In this document: one piece after another, positions 11,160-23,700 of the stretch
How the letters are laid out: every line of letters starts with the position of its first letter
Position numbering within the stretch: position 1 is the stretch's first letter
Assembly (NCBI RefSeq): GCF_041146345.1
Contig: NW_027191409.1
Location: forward strand, 496,001 to 560,000
Source of the DNA: Neodothiora populina
Lineage: Eukaryota
Length of the DNA stretch: 64,000 nt
Reading direction: 5' to 3'
Translations under genes and position numbers: made by a program
Notes under the pieces: generated by a model
Told to the model about the DNA's origin: nothing
What the model saw: the letters and a program-made list of their open reading frames with translations, nothing else
Databases searched by the model: none

Positions 11160-12773
11160 ATGGCTGGGAAAAGAGGCGCTCAGAAGCCCGCTGAGGCTGG
11201 CGACAGCACAGCTAAGAATCAAGACGCCTCTACCACAGCAAAGAGGGGCACTCAGCGCGAAGGCTCTCCTAGACGCAGAGTCGAGTTCCGACTAGACGAC
11301 AACGACAGCAGACCAACAGCAAGCAGTTCTCGCAACCCCCTGGACACTGCGCCAGCTCTACGTCTAGACGACCACGGCGCAACAGAGCAGCTCCTTCGAG
11401 AAACACGCGCGAGTCACAGCCCGTCGCCTCGTCGAGCAGATTTCAAAGGCAAGCAACCACCAAAGCCTTACGCAGGCGCGACGTACCCAATAAACATGGA
11501 CGCCGACATGCAACCCATGCAATCCATCCACAAACCACCACCATCGACTCCCCAGCAGCAGAAGGAGCTCGACGACGACAACTGGGTCTGCACCGAACTC
11601 TTGGCTCTGCGGGCCCAGATCAAGCTCTTCTGCGAAGACCACTTCGACTTCCAGATCAAGTATCCCGTCGAGCCCGCGTTTGCGGCCGCGCCGCGCGAGC
11701 TCATCAGCTATGTAGGCTGTGTTGCGCTCGGGGGCTCGAAGGGTCGAGAGGGCTGGAGGGAGTTGATCGATAACATCGTGCTCAGGAGAGCGCTGGTCTA
11801 TGGCATCATCTATCGTGTGGCCCACGAGCACATCTTCTCGAGTCTGTTCTTTGGTGCTGATCGTAGGCTGATCTTCCGTCTGATGAGATTGGAGCAGGAT
11901 CAGATGGATATGGACGGCTTCTACCGCGCAGCGCAGCGAGCAAAAGCCATACAGGAAGCCGGCGTGCCCAAGACCGATCTGACTCCGCTACCAGGCGCCA
12001 TAGTCGGCACAGCGCGCCTGACAGCTCAACTCGAGACCATCCTGAACCCAATCCGTGACCTCGACGACACCGTGCGAATCGCTCGTATCGACGCCGCGTA
12101 CATCGAAGGCCTACGCTCGATCCTACTCCACGCGGTCAGGATCAACAATTACATGCGCAAGCTCGACGACGTCCTTTACTACTTCCAACCAATCTTCAAG
12201 GACGAGGAGTTCGATCCCAACGAGATGGAGTGCGAGAACCTGAGGGATATGCAGCTCGATTGCCCGCTCGACGACCCCACTGAGGCGGCTGTTGCGGCTG
12301 CTATGGGCAAACAACCTCGTCGCACGAAGAAGATTCGCGGCGACCCCACCGATCGGGTGCTGGTTCGCGTCATCTGTTCGCCGGGCTGTATCGCGTACAG
12401 AAAGGGAGGCGGGGATCTCGCAAAGTATATCTTGCAGCAGGAGAGACTCCATCAAGACCAGTTCCTGCCGCCGGAGCTGCGGTCTAGGTTTGCACGAGAG
12501 AAAGTGTATGGCCGTGTCATCACGGAAGAAGATGGGCTGAGATCCAGACGTCTCACCAGGGTAGATTATATTGCTCTCTATTGGTGTTGTAGCACTTGAA
12601 CTGACTGAGATCCTCTCTAGGCTACTGCCGCTTTTCGATGGGGCAAGCCGCAATTCGAAGATGATGCGCATATGCACAATTATCAGGAGTTGGTTGAGGC
12701 TCAGTCTGAGATTTCGAAATTCTGCGAGAGTACGGAATTGCAGAAGGGAGCCAGTGGATGCATCATCATGTGA
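11160..12773 (+). CDS. Uncharacterised fungal protein with predicted C-terminal CaaX (CIIM); exons 11160-12560, 12621-12773
   Basis: Long ORF with strong codon bias; intron GTAGAT...CTGAC...TAG (12561-12620) continues in frame to ATAAFRWGKPQF...GASGCIIM*. Confidence 0.8.
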
Positions 12774-13061
12774 AGCGAGTGCACTTCTTCGAGGAGGCTT
12801 GTCACTTGGTTGCACTTGAAAGGTTGGACGAGATGGCGTTTGCGTTGCTTGGGTGTAGTACCTTTCCCCCTCAAGATAATTGGTTTCGCCAAATTGAGAT
12901 TTTCGTACTTTGATTCTTCTTCAATGAATGCCATGAAGGATATGCTATTGGGGCAATTGATAGACTTGCGACAAGAATAGTCTCAATTGTGCGGGATGAG
13001 ATCGGGAAGATTGATTTTACAGATTGGCGTTGCATTGATTCATTAGGGGTATTCGACAAAT

Positions 13062-14581
13062 TCAATAAACTCGCGTCAGCTTCCATCCAACCTTGGATAA
13101 CCTGACAATCGAGAAAGCGAAGAAACTTATAAGATAGCAAAGGCCCGTGAAAAGGACCAGACCCCAGTAAGAGCCGTCGCACGCAGCCAACACGGCACCG
13201 CCAATGGGCAATCCGGTCAAGGTGCCGAAGCTGACCAATGTGTAACACGTCGCATAGTATCTGCCGTACTCCTCCGTATCGCAAAGCTGTCCCACGCAGA
13301 CGGGCGTGAGACTGATATTGGATCCTGAAGCAAAGCCGAAAAGCACCGAGAACGTGACTGTCAAAGCAAGGATAGATCGGTGGCTTCCGTGTCCGCCAGC
13401 TTCCGAGAGAACAGTAGCTGGTAACCAAAATGCCAGCGTGGATACGCAGCAAATGATAATTGCCATGATCATGGTATTGAATCTGCCAAATTTGTCTGCC
13501 AGGAAGCCAGGGGCCCATCTGCCTAGACATGAACCCGCGTTGAATATTGCAATGAGATTGTATGCGAATCGCTGGTCCATTGCGCCCGAGCTTAAGGAAT
13601 ACGAGGTTAAGTATGAGATTGGGAGGAATAGTCCCCACTCTGCGAAGAAGACCCCGGCTGTTGTCCACGCGAAAGCACTATCGCGGAAGATCTTGAAATC
13701 AGGAAGGACACTGCCACCGGGCTTTGGCGGTAGTCGAGACCGGACGAGAAGATTCGCAGGTATAAGCAGACCAAGATAAAGAAACCCAAGTATCCGGCAA
13801 CTCCACCCCCAGCCGACCTCAGGCAAGAGTTTCTGCAGCATCAGAGGAAATACAACACCTCCAAGAGACCCCCCAGCGGCAGCGATACCTGTCGCATTAC
13901 CTCGTCCTTCCAGGAAAAAGTGGCCGAGACTCGAAATGGCGGGCGTGAAAAGCAGACTAGTGCCCATACCACCTAGGATACCAAAATTAAGCATGAAATG
14001 CCAATATGCTGTGCAGCTTCCGAGAATCAGCATCGAAGCAATCATGCAAATGCTGCCCGCAAATATGAGAAGTCTGGGTCCTTTAAGGTCGAAATAAGGA
14101 CCAATCTGGACACCACCGAAAAAGGATAACTAATCAACAGTCAGATCGCTGCAACAGATAGATTTACACCAAGAATATGCCATCATACAAAGGAATACAC
14201 CGAGAATATCCATGCAATCTCGCTCTCCTCATAGTGCGCCAGCTGATGGGAAGCAATGTAGGCCTGGAACACACCAATTGTGTTCATAGTGCCCAAACTA
14301 GCCAGCATTGCACAAAATGATCCGAAGACGACACCCCACGCCTGCCACCCGCCTTCGGGATAAGTGATACCATCTTCGTCGGAAGGGTTCACATCATGAG
14401 TGGTAGAAGAGGATTTGATATCACCTCGTACATCTGCCTTCTCATCTGAGCTGTCATGGTGTCGAGGGAACACACTCGATGGCGTCGCCGGTGGGTTAAG
14501 GGATGAAATGTTGTTCGATATTGGTCGTGAAAGACTTATATAGTCTGGTCCTGGCATGCTGCCATTTGGACTCGGATTCAT
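13062..14581 (-). CDS. MFS monocarboxylate-porter family transporter (MCH4/MCH5-like); intron 14130-14188
   Basis: [40 protein letters not shown] and LADKFGRFN motifs; about 12 hydrophobic segments. Confidence 0.92.
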
Positions 14582-15791
14582 ATGTCAAACAGGACGCTGA
14601 TGGAAGTAAACGACAACACCAGAACCTTCAAGACTATGGCGAGAAGGTCTTAAGAAACAGAATCATCAAGCACAGTCGAGTCACAGCCGTGGCAAAACAA
14701 AATAATAGCATACTGCAGGTCTTTCTTTTGATTTGGGCTTGGCCGACGGGCTCGGCCGGTCAGTGATGGGGCAAGTCAATGCCCCACTTTAGCCAGAATA
14801 CCCCATCTTCATGGAGGATGCCAGTACGCCGCATCGCACCACACGGCACTAACGGCGCAAGCATGTCTTCATAGCGGGAATCCTACCGCACCAAGCACAC
14901 CCTCGTAGTATCTTGACAATAGGAAGCTTTAGGTGAATTGTTGTCGGCACAAAAGCATTAAAGCTTGCGCTGCCAGTGTGGAGGTTTTCGATGAAATATG
15001 CACGGTTGATCGCATAATCTATCAGATCAGTACTGCAGGCAGACAAGGATCATCGTTTCGACTTTTTGTCTGGGATTCTCAGCTCCTTCAGGATTGGAGA
15101 TAGATTGACTCCAACTCGCATGTGTACCTGCCCACCAGGAGAATACCTTTACCACAGTCGATGGATTGCTCAATCATTTTGTTTTGGAAAGATCGGAATA
15201 CTTCAACAATGCGATAACACCAATGCGACGCGTGTCTACATTTGACCTAGCATCACAAAGTGACTGAACCTCATGCGAATGCCATGGTCCATTGGCAAGA
15301 ATAGCTTTTGTAGCAGTCGCCCGTCGCCCGTCGCCCAGCGTCACCGCAAGGCAATCCTTCGTAATCACGCAAGTGGATCACACCACTGCAGAGCGAATCA
15401 GTTGTCATGACTGAAGCTCATCAGTTTGATTGTTGAGACCAGTTATGCTCCATCACCACATCGATAGAAGGAAGCATAACAACTCGGTCTGGTGGTTGTG
15501 ACTGCTTGCTTGCAGAACGAGCAAAGCGAATCGGCTTGACTCCCAGGGTATTCGAGCTGGTATTCTCTTTCTGTCCAGACTGAGTCTTACGTTACAGCAC
15601 TTCCAGAGCAGTGATTGTCGAGTTGCACCTTCTCCCAAGATACTTTCGGTAGGAGCTAAGGCAGGAGCCGCCGGTGCGACTTTTCTCACCATCTCCCGTC
15701 TCTGCGACCAAGATCTGACAGATGCAATACAGATTGCAGCTTGCAACGTAATGTATTGAAGGCAGTAGAAGCTAGGATGAAGGGTAGCACA

Positions 15792-16553
15792 TCATGTACG
15801 CCAAGAGGGGGTTTCAACAGGAGCCTCATCCGTGCCAGTCTTCTCACGGCTGGCCTCCAGCATCTGTCTCAAAGTCTTGCGCTGCTTGCCCTCGTAACTA
15901 CTTTCCCGTCTTAGGACTGACCAAGGTTTCTCCTCCCTCTTCAGATCCACATCGCTTAATCCAACGTGAGGCACCCGCTTGGCCAGATCTTCCTGAATGG
16001 CGGATTTTGAGTCGATCGCAAAGGGCCCGTTGTAGGGGTTGACATTGATGTGATCTCGGTGGTGAAAGGTAGAGTGATTAATCGTCATCTGATACTGCTG
16101 AGACGGGTCACCCAGTCGATGTTGACGCGGTGAAGAGGCGCGCGATTGGGCGGATAACCTCTGAGCTGCTGCCGAGTCTGCCAAAGCCATGCGGTCACTC
16201 GACAGGGTGCCGGTAGTATTGACATTGAGAGTATTCGAAGCATCCGACGAGAAGTCCTCGCTGTTCGAGTTCCCGTCCTCGAGATTGTCATGTGCCAAGG
16301 TGAAGCGCAAAGGCGAGGCGCGGGCCAATCGTCGCGCAACTTCCTCTTCTTTGAACACCACAAGGAAGGAATTGTAGGCTGGGAGAGCGTCGTACTTGAG
16401 GTTCCTGAACATCTCTACCTTGCCGTAGCCTTGAAGCATATGCAGGATTGCGCGGCTCTCGGCCATTCCCTCGGGTCGTGGGAGTACTCGCAGATGCACC
16501 GTCCGGAGACCCATGGCGCGGGTCACGCCGGGAATCGCGTAGCTGGCGGCCAT
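15792..16553 (-). CDS. Hypothetical fungal protein with RRM-like N-terminal region
   Basis: 253-aa ATG-initiated ORF with good codon bias; TVHLRVLPRP...ILHMLQGYGKVEMFRNLKY...FLVVFKEEEVARR suggests an RRM-like pattern. Confidence 0.75.
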   Translation of the reverse strand: MAASYAIPGVTRAMGLRTVHLRVLPRPEGMAESRAILHMLQGYGKVEMFRNLKYDALPAYNSFLVVFKEEEVARRLARASPLRFTLAHDNLEDGNSNSEDFSSDASNTLNVNTTGTLSSDRMALADSAAAQRLSAQSRASSPRQHRLGDPSQQYQMTINHSTFHHRDHINVNPYNGPFAIDSKSAIQEDLAKRVPHVGLSDVDLKREEKPWSVLRRESSYEGKQRKTLRQMLEASREKTGTDEAPVETPSWRT

Positions 16554-17137
16554 TGATGTCTGTACGAGATGGAAGATGGTTTTATCGGATGTGGTTCACG
16601 TCTTCGTTGCAGCGACTTTCGCATGAAACAATCATTTCCAAAGCCATTTATGTGCCAAGATCTAGCGGATATAGCGGCGTTATGACTGACGCTCGTCTCA
16701 GCATACGCAGGTGGTTCTTATCGGACACTAAAATAAGGTATCCTACAAGATCTTACTCTTCTACATAAGAATACAAATCATTGCGATCGCCCCATCGAGG
16801 TTCTTCAGGTAGTAGGCATCAAGGATTCACAGAAAATGCCATTTCGGAGAATGGAATTTCGATTAAGTATGATGAGTGCCAGGCTTGATGCTCTTGGCCT
16901 CGGCAGGGTATCTAGCATTAGAACATTGAGTCTTCCTTACTCCTCCAAGAACTGATCCGGCAGATCTTTGAATAACACGCAGCACCAATGTGTACCGAAT
17001 GTATCTTCGTCTTCCCGTGGAAACATGTCAAATGTCTCCATCAACTTCTGACTGTACTCAGAAGGGTACCCTGAAACATATAGCCGCGTTGCTCAGCGGT
17101 CGGATCGAAGCTGCTTGTCTTGCTTCAAATAAGATCT

Positions 17138-17815
17138 TCATGCCACGCGAGTCAAGCCTCTGTGTGGCCGATTATTGCGCAACCGCATGCTTTTCGAGAC
17201 GTTGGCTGCGGTCTTGGGAGAGCTCGATGAGCGCTTGCAAGTAGAGGATGAGGGGTTCTGTTTTGACAGGATCGTGTTCTCTTCTAGACTGCTATAACCC
17301 TCGTCGTGCCTTGTGTCACAGGTCACATCCTCGCTTGAAGCTAAGGTGCTTGAGGATGAGACAGAGCATTGGTCTTCCGAACGTATCATCTTCTCGACCA
17401 TTTCCTGAATGCTTCGTAGATGAGATGGATCGCAGAGCAGTCTGACACCTTGCTGACGGCTGACTCTCCTGCCAGAGGGTGCAGAGGATCCGACATATCT
17501 TCTCTGTTGTCTTGGCGCGCATGAGAATATATCATCGACTAGATCGATCTGAGATGGCTCAGAACGAGCGATTGGCGTAGCAAGGTGGTGCAGACTATGC
17601 TCGCTGAAGCGGAGAGCTAGTTGGCTTATTGAAGGTCGCTGTGAGGGTCCAGTTCGAGTCTCCCGTAACGAGGAGTGGCATGTGAGAGTCGGGCCAGGGT
17701 AGTCCTCTTCGTGACAAGGCAGAGAGGAAGGATGACGCGATGCCGTTGCAATTCCGTAAGAGCCAAACATGTTTGCTGTGTCACTATGAACTCGGTGCCC
17801 GCCAGTGAAATGCAA
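17138..17815 (-). CDS. Ser-rich hypothetical protein
   Basis: 225-aa ATG-initiated ORF with central block RRVSRQQGVRLLCDPSHLRSIQEMVEKMIRSEDQC. Confidence 0.6.
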   Translation of the reverse strand: MHFTGGHRVHSDTANMFGSYGIATASRHPSSLPCHEEDYPGPTLTCHSSLRETRTGPSQRPSISQLALRFSEHSLHHLATPIARSEPSQIDLVDDIFSCAPRQQRRYVGSSAPSGRRVSRQQGVRLLCDPSHLRSIQEMVEKMIRSEDQCSVSSSSTLASSEDVTCDTRHDEGYSSLEENTILSKQNPSSSTCKRSSSSPKTAANVSKSMRLRNNRPHRGLTRVA

Positions 17816-19036
17816 GTCTTGACGAGAGAGGTGTGCGATGATTTGAAAAGCAGCTGAAAAGATCGGCAGGCACCTACGTTATGTATCACTTACAGGTGTT
17901 TTACTGTTGACAGGTACGCGTACGGTTACATGGACAGAATCCTCTATCCGGCCCAAGTCGGTACTCCAGAGAGTGAGAAAACATGTTCGAATCGCCAGCG
18001 ATGAGGTTCGCCAATATGGTGGCTGAGAGCCCAGGCCCTTTCGTGCTCGTCTGGCCCAACCAAGATACCTGCAGAAGCCTGACATGGTTGTAAGCTTGAT
18101 CCGTGCGTTGGTCGGAACGCAGACCGCAACCCAACGTCACTGTACAAAACAACATGTACAGTACCTTAAGTCAGATAGAGTGCGAACCACGTCTACCGCC
18201 CTTTAAGACCGACATCCATAGCCGGCTGCTAAAAGGTCTTGTATCTTGAGTGACATTCTCATCTCCCTGCATAGTGACATGTTTCGGCTTTGATCAGCTT
18301 GCGCAGCGATGCGCGCATGTCTTTTTCATCGCCGATACTCTCGCCTGCCCGCCCTGAAGCACAAGCATGCTCGATTCGCTCACTCTCAATGCTGTGTAGA
18401 TATCGTGGTTCTTGACTTCCAGTATCTGAATCATCATCAGGAGACCGAAAGGCTTAGCAAGACTAGGCGAGACATTGACGGTAGGGTTCGCTCATTGGCC
18501 CAATCACATAGCAATACTCATGATACATTTAAAGTAATTTTCGAATCAGAGCAAAGAATTTGGTGAGATGCCGTGTGTGGGGGGATGGAACCTATCGATT
18601 CGTTGTAACGGCTTCAGTGAAATAACAAGCTATGTCCGCGGCCGTTTAGACTTCTGGACCGCCCGTTTGCATTTTCAGTCCGCAAAACCCGCGATTTAGA
18701 AATCTGTGATGTGAAGATCGATCTTGCAATCTTGTGTCGATCTGTTCGCAAATATGAAGAACTCTCCCAAGTCACTCATAGCTCAGTTGTAGTCTGGCAG
18801 GATGTCTCTGGGAGCATAAGCTAAATGTCTGTGAGCATACAAGTTCGGCCACTGACTGGTATATTCGGTGCACTACTTTGCTAATCTGACCCGAGGGAAG
18901 TGCAGGTAGGCGAGCACCGCGCGCTATGCGTGGACGATCATAGGGATAACAGACCAGGCCGTCAAGCCTGATCGCATAACAACGATCTGAAGTCGATAAG
19001 CGGGACCTCAAAGTGTCTGCGAAGCTGGTGGTCCCT

Positions 19037-19372
19037 TCATTGACCATCATGCTTCACGTTGATCTTCTGACGTTCCTGGCGGTAAATCTCCTCGAATTCG
19101 ATATCGGTGATAGGTAGTTTTGTGGTAGCGATCTGACGGAGTTTTTCCTTGTCATTCAATTGGCTCCTCATTTCATCCACGGTGGCAGTCAACATTTGCG
19201 CTTCACTGCGGCCTTGGCCCTTCATGCCAGGTACGATATCGGCTAGACGGTCAAATCCCTCTCTGATCGCCTGACGACGCTTCTGTTCAGAAGCGATGTG
19301 GTTGTTCTTCTTCTCCTGCTCGGTAAGGCGTGGCCTTTCGGCGAATTGAGTGTTGTTGATGGCAGCCGACAT
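19037..19372 (-). CDS. Small bHLH transcription factor, INO4-like
   Basis: RPRLTEQEKKNNHIASEQKRRQAIREGFDRLADIVPGM...RSEA basic-HLH signature typical of the Ino4 group. Confidence 0.88.
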   Translation of the reverse strand: MSAAINNTQFAERPRLTEQEKKNNHIASEQKRRQAIREGFDRLADIVPGMKGQGRSEAQMLTATVDEMRSQLNDKEKLRQIATTKLPITDIEFEEIYRQERQKINVKHDGQ

Positions 19373-19994
19373 GGGGATCGCCGGTCAGCTATAGATAGAG
19401 GGATTATGGCCGACTGTGATATGAGGGATGGAGAAGTCCCGATGTAGTTTTGATGAAGTGCTGATTGGATGGACCCGATGACAGCAAATGAACGGAACAA
19501 TCAACCCTCAAGGATCTAAGATCCAGTCACTTGACACGAAAAGTGTGAGTCCGAAGCTCATCTGTGCTAAAGGACCTAGGTAAACTGAGAGCGAGAGTGA
19601 GAGTGAAAGTGACGGGATGATCAACAATGGAGTTAAGACGGAGACAATGTACAGCTCGACTCTGCTCTCAAAGTACTTGTACGGAGTCACGAGTCACGCC
19701 TCAGTGCCATATCACATCAAGGTAAGGTACAGATAGAAGTCGTGGCACAATAAGAAAAAAAGACGAAATGCGCGACGCATTCATTACGCGCTTTCAACCT
19801 TTTGAAACGCCAAGAATCTCAGATTAGATCTCGAGGTCAGTGCAAGTGGAGCCTGTCTCGAAAAGCAGCCAATGACGGTGCTGCTTCATGTGGCTAATAT
19901 CAAGGTAAAGCCCCAGCCTGGTGAAGGCATGTGATGGCTGTTTGTAATGATGCCTAAATAATTAAGTGTGAGGGTGAGCTTGTGGCTGACGACA

Positions 19995-20036
19995 CAGGTT
20001 CAGGTTCAGGTTCAGGTTCAGGTCCAGGTTCAGGTT
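19995..20036. repeat. (CAGGTT)7 microsatellite
   Basis: Direct reading; one unit is CAGGTC. Confidence 0.9.
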
Positions 20037-20279
20037 CACTGTGGGTGCAGTAACGGCGCTGTGTTTCTTTGTTGTTACAGGTACAGCTGGACACTTTTCA
20101 CTCTGACACTGCACACCGCAAAAACCGTGATAGCTAATTCTTTACATACTGCTTGTAGGACAGTCGGAGCCGGACTGGAAAGTGTTCGCCTTCCTGTATT
20201 GATATACCGTCTTCTGCCCTTTGCCTTGCCACTCTCTGTCCCGAGCAAGGTTCTACTCTTCGTATCTCAGGGCTTGTTT

Positions 20280-20309
20280 CATCCACATCCACATCCACAT
20301 CCACATCCA
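20280..20309. repeat. (CATCCA)5 microsatellite
   Basis: Direct reading. Confidence 0.9.
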
Positions 20310-20710
20310 ACGTGACAGGCAGGATCCGCATGCCCTGCTCTTTCCTGATATTCTGCAAATCTGATCGTTTTGTCGACTAATTGCCACAGTATCAAGGTGC
20401 AGGTGACATCTATCTGGGGAGAACAGCATCTTGCCAGACTTCCGCAGGCAGGAGCTCCACCAGCGCCTTTCATCTCATCCCTGAGCCTCGCAGCTTTGCC
20501 TGATTTCGGCTTTTGACCTCATTGCGACGGACAACCTCTACTTCTAGTGCAGGCTGCCTTTTCCCATCTGCTGATCATCTTCCCACTGATCATTCTCGCC
20601 GGATGCGATGATCGTGCGCTTGATAGACTGTTGTATTCGAACACTGCCCGTCATCGTCACCATCTCGCCTCTTGTCCAGCACGTGCAGGGCCGTACGGCC
20701 AATACATGAG

Positions 20711-23700
20711 ATGTCAACGGCATCTGCCCATTCTTCCATGAATAAAGGCCGTATCAACAGTCTGCAGCAACAGGATGCTTCGAACCTGATTCAGCGCGCC
20801 GTCTCCTACTCGCAGCGCAGGCCCGTCACAGACGACGAGGCCTACTCCTACGCCCTTCGTGCCGCCTATCTCTCACATCTCCTTCAACCAAAGGCACGCC
20901 GCATCCAGCATGTCTCTGCTCCACACAAACCTCTCGTCTCGCGATCCTCGACCTCGATCAACGACTTCGTCAAGGACTTCTCCCTGATCAGGGACTCCAA
21001 GAGCACAAGATTCCCACATGGCTTTACTTCAGAGCTCGACAAGCGTATCACGGGTGTCCTCATTGGCCGTGAGCGCATGCCCGAATACAATGATCCTCTC
21101 GTCAAGCGAACCTTTGCCGCCTTCCTGAACGAATTCAAGAACCCTACGTTTCGCAAGTCGATGGAGAAGGACCGCCGTGTCGAGGACTTGTTGTTGATCT
21201 TCTACTCCAAAGCTACGACCGAACTGCAAAAGGGCAAGGCTGCCGAGGATGATGCGTGGAAGTTGATGGTCGATCGACACGTTGCTCTGTTTGTTCGCTT
21301 CGTCAGCTCGACCCTTAAGAACAATGACTGGGCTCGAGAGCGCCCAGAGCTGAGCAGCAGACTACAAACATTGGAGAGTAAATTGCTCGTCCACTCTCAG
21401 GATCTCGCGGATGCTTCTCAGAGAAATGGCGGTACTGGTGGATCCACCGTTGAAGTGGAGATCCCTCGCAGTTCAGAAGCCAAAGATATGCCGATGGCGC
21501 TGCGCATCGCCAACATCTTCGGGGTGTCCTACGACCAAATACAAGCGGACATTGATGCCAACAAGTCTGTATGGACCGAGAAGGCGGCGCTTCAGGATTT
21601 GAAGACCTACCAGACGCTTCTCAGCCTCAATTCTACAAGGACACTGCGAAGCGACGACTTTCTCCTCGAGGACGCCTACGAACAGTGGAAAAAGGCTGAA
21701 ATCCAGGACTTGTCACAAATGATGCTTGCCGTGATTCGCTCGAGTCCGGATCTTGCACGGAGTACAACAAGTACAACAGTACCAACCCTCAGATCTCCCA
21801 CTGGGTCCACGTCAGAGTTCACATATCCCGATATCTCGAGAACGCTATCAGACCCGACAAGCATTGACTCGTCGAGCCTCAACGAGGACATTGCCAGTCT
21901 TAACTTGGATCTGTCGCCACAGGATTCCCTATCAGACGATGTTCCATTCATCTTTATACCACCCGAGCCTCGAATGTACTACCGGACCGTTCTACAGAGA
22001 GCTTTGGCTAACGACCTTTTCGAGGATCAAGTCCCCGATGCCGATGGCACAGTTCCACCCATCCAATTACTCTCCAAACATTCGATTGACATATTGAATG
22101 AGCTCGCACTCCGATGGCGCATTCCGCACACTTCACGCATGGCCTTGTTCCTCGACGTAATTCGAGAGAGATATGAGCGCCAAGAAATCAGTCTGGACGC
22201 GCTCGATGCTGCATTCAGCTTCATTAAAGAAGCTCCTGTTGAGAATAAAAAGTCTAATCGCTCAAGTGTAGTATTGCAAGCTACCTTTGTAGACCCTTCC
22301 AGGTGGACTATCGCCGATCATACACTGCATACACAGACCCTATCCGCGATACATGACGCTTTACTGCACGAACTATTTGAGCTTCTGCTGCACTGTTACG
22401 AGAACAAACCTCCTTCGGTTGGACCGGTCATGTACATTCTCGAAAACAACGTCTATGATGATCCACTTTTTGCGAAAACGCCAGAGGACTTGGACCAATT
22501 TTCAGATGCGCTGCGAGAAGCATTGCGTGAACCTGCGCGGAAGGCCTATGACGGCATGCTCTCCAAGCATGTGCCCGAAGATGCTGAGTCGTGGGAGTTC
22601 TACAACATAATACAACTAGGCAAAGCCGTGGTAGGACTTGCCGATAAAATACAGAAGCGCTATCGCAAGAACCCGGAGATCATGGGGTATGCAATACAAA
22701 CACTGGGTGCTTACAACTGAGACTAACACGAAAGTAGTGTAAATCCTCTCACGACGCTTGTTCAGGAGATATTCCCCTCGTTCGCTACTGACGCACGGGA
22801 CATTTGCGAAAAGATCATGGGCGTGGCGAAGGATCGTGGTGAGGAAGTGCCGATCCAGGACGGCTTCGACTTGTACAAGGAGCTCACACAGATGCGACAA
22901 GTGCATGGTCAAGCACTCCCAAGGTAGGAACACCGCAGCCCCTTTCCAATGGGTAGTACTAACCAAGTGCCAGTGTCCCCTTCGCCTTCCATATAGAGGC
23001 GCTCCTAGCTGATTTCGTATGGCGTTGGATTGCGTTGACCGATGCTAAGATGATCGAGTGGATTGAAGGCGCCGTTAGGCAGGACGACTTCACCATCAAA
23101 GCCGGTCTCGGCGACGCTGAGGAAGAACGCCACACCGTCTCGGCGGTAGATATGTTTCGATCGTTCAGTCAGAGCATTGATCAAATCATGAAGTTGGAGT
23201 GGGACGATGACTTTCAATACGCCAAATTCATGACCGCACTATCGAAGTCGATAGGGATAGGTATCGCCAGATATTGCGAATTGCTCGAGCAGAAGTTCGT
23301 CAAAGAGATGGACCGGATGACTCCAGAACAAGAAGCAGCAGCGAGACAGACAAGACAAGAGAGGTGGATGCAAATGGCCAAGGAGACGTGGAACAACAAG
23401 GAAAAAGTCGAGCCCTTCCAATTCTTGCCTGAGGTCAGTACTCTCGGATTGGATAGACATGTGACCCCTCACTGACCATATTCTGCTAGTCTCTGGTTAA
23501 ACTCAACGATATTGAATACACCACGATTCAACTGGATAAGTTGGAAGGCGAAATTAATGTAGATGCCTGTGCTGCAGTCATCCAGCAGAAGACGCCTCCA
23601 GCGCCCATGAAAGTGCGGCAGACGAACAAGTTTGTCTTCACTATCAAAATCATCGAAGCCGAGGACCTTAAAGCATGCGACATGAACGGATTGAGCGACC

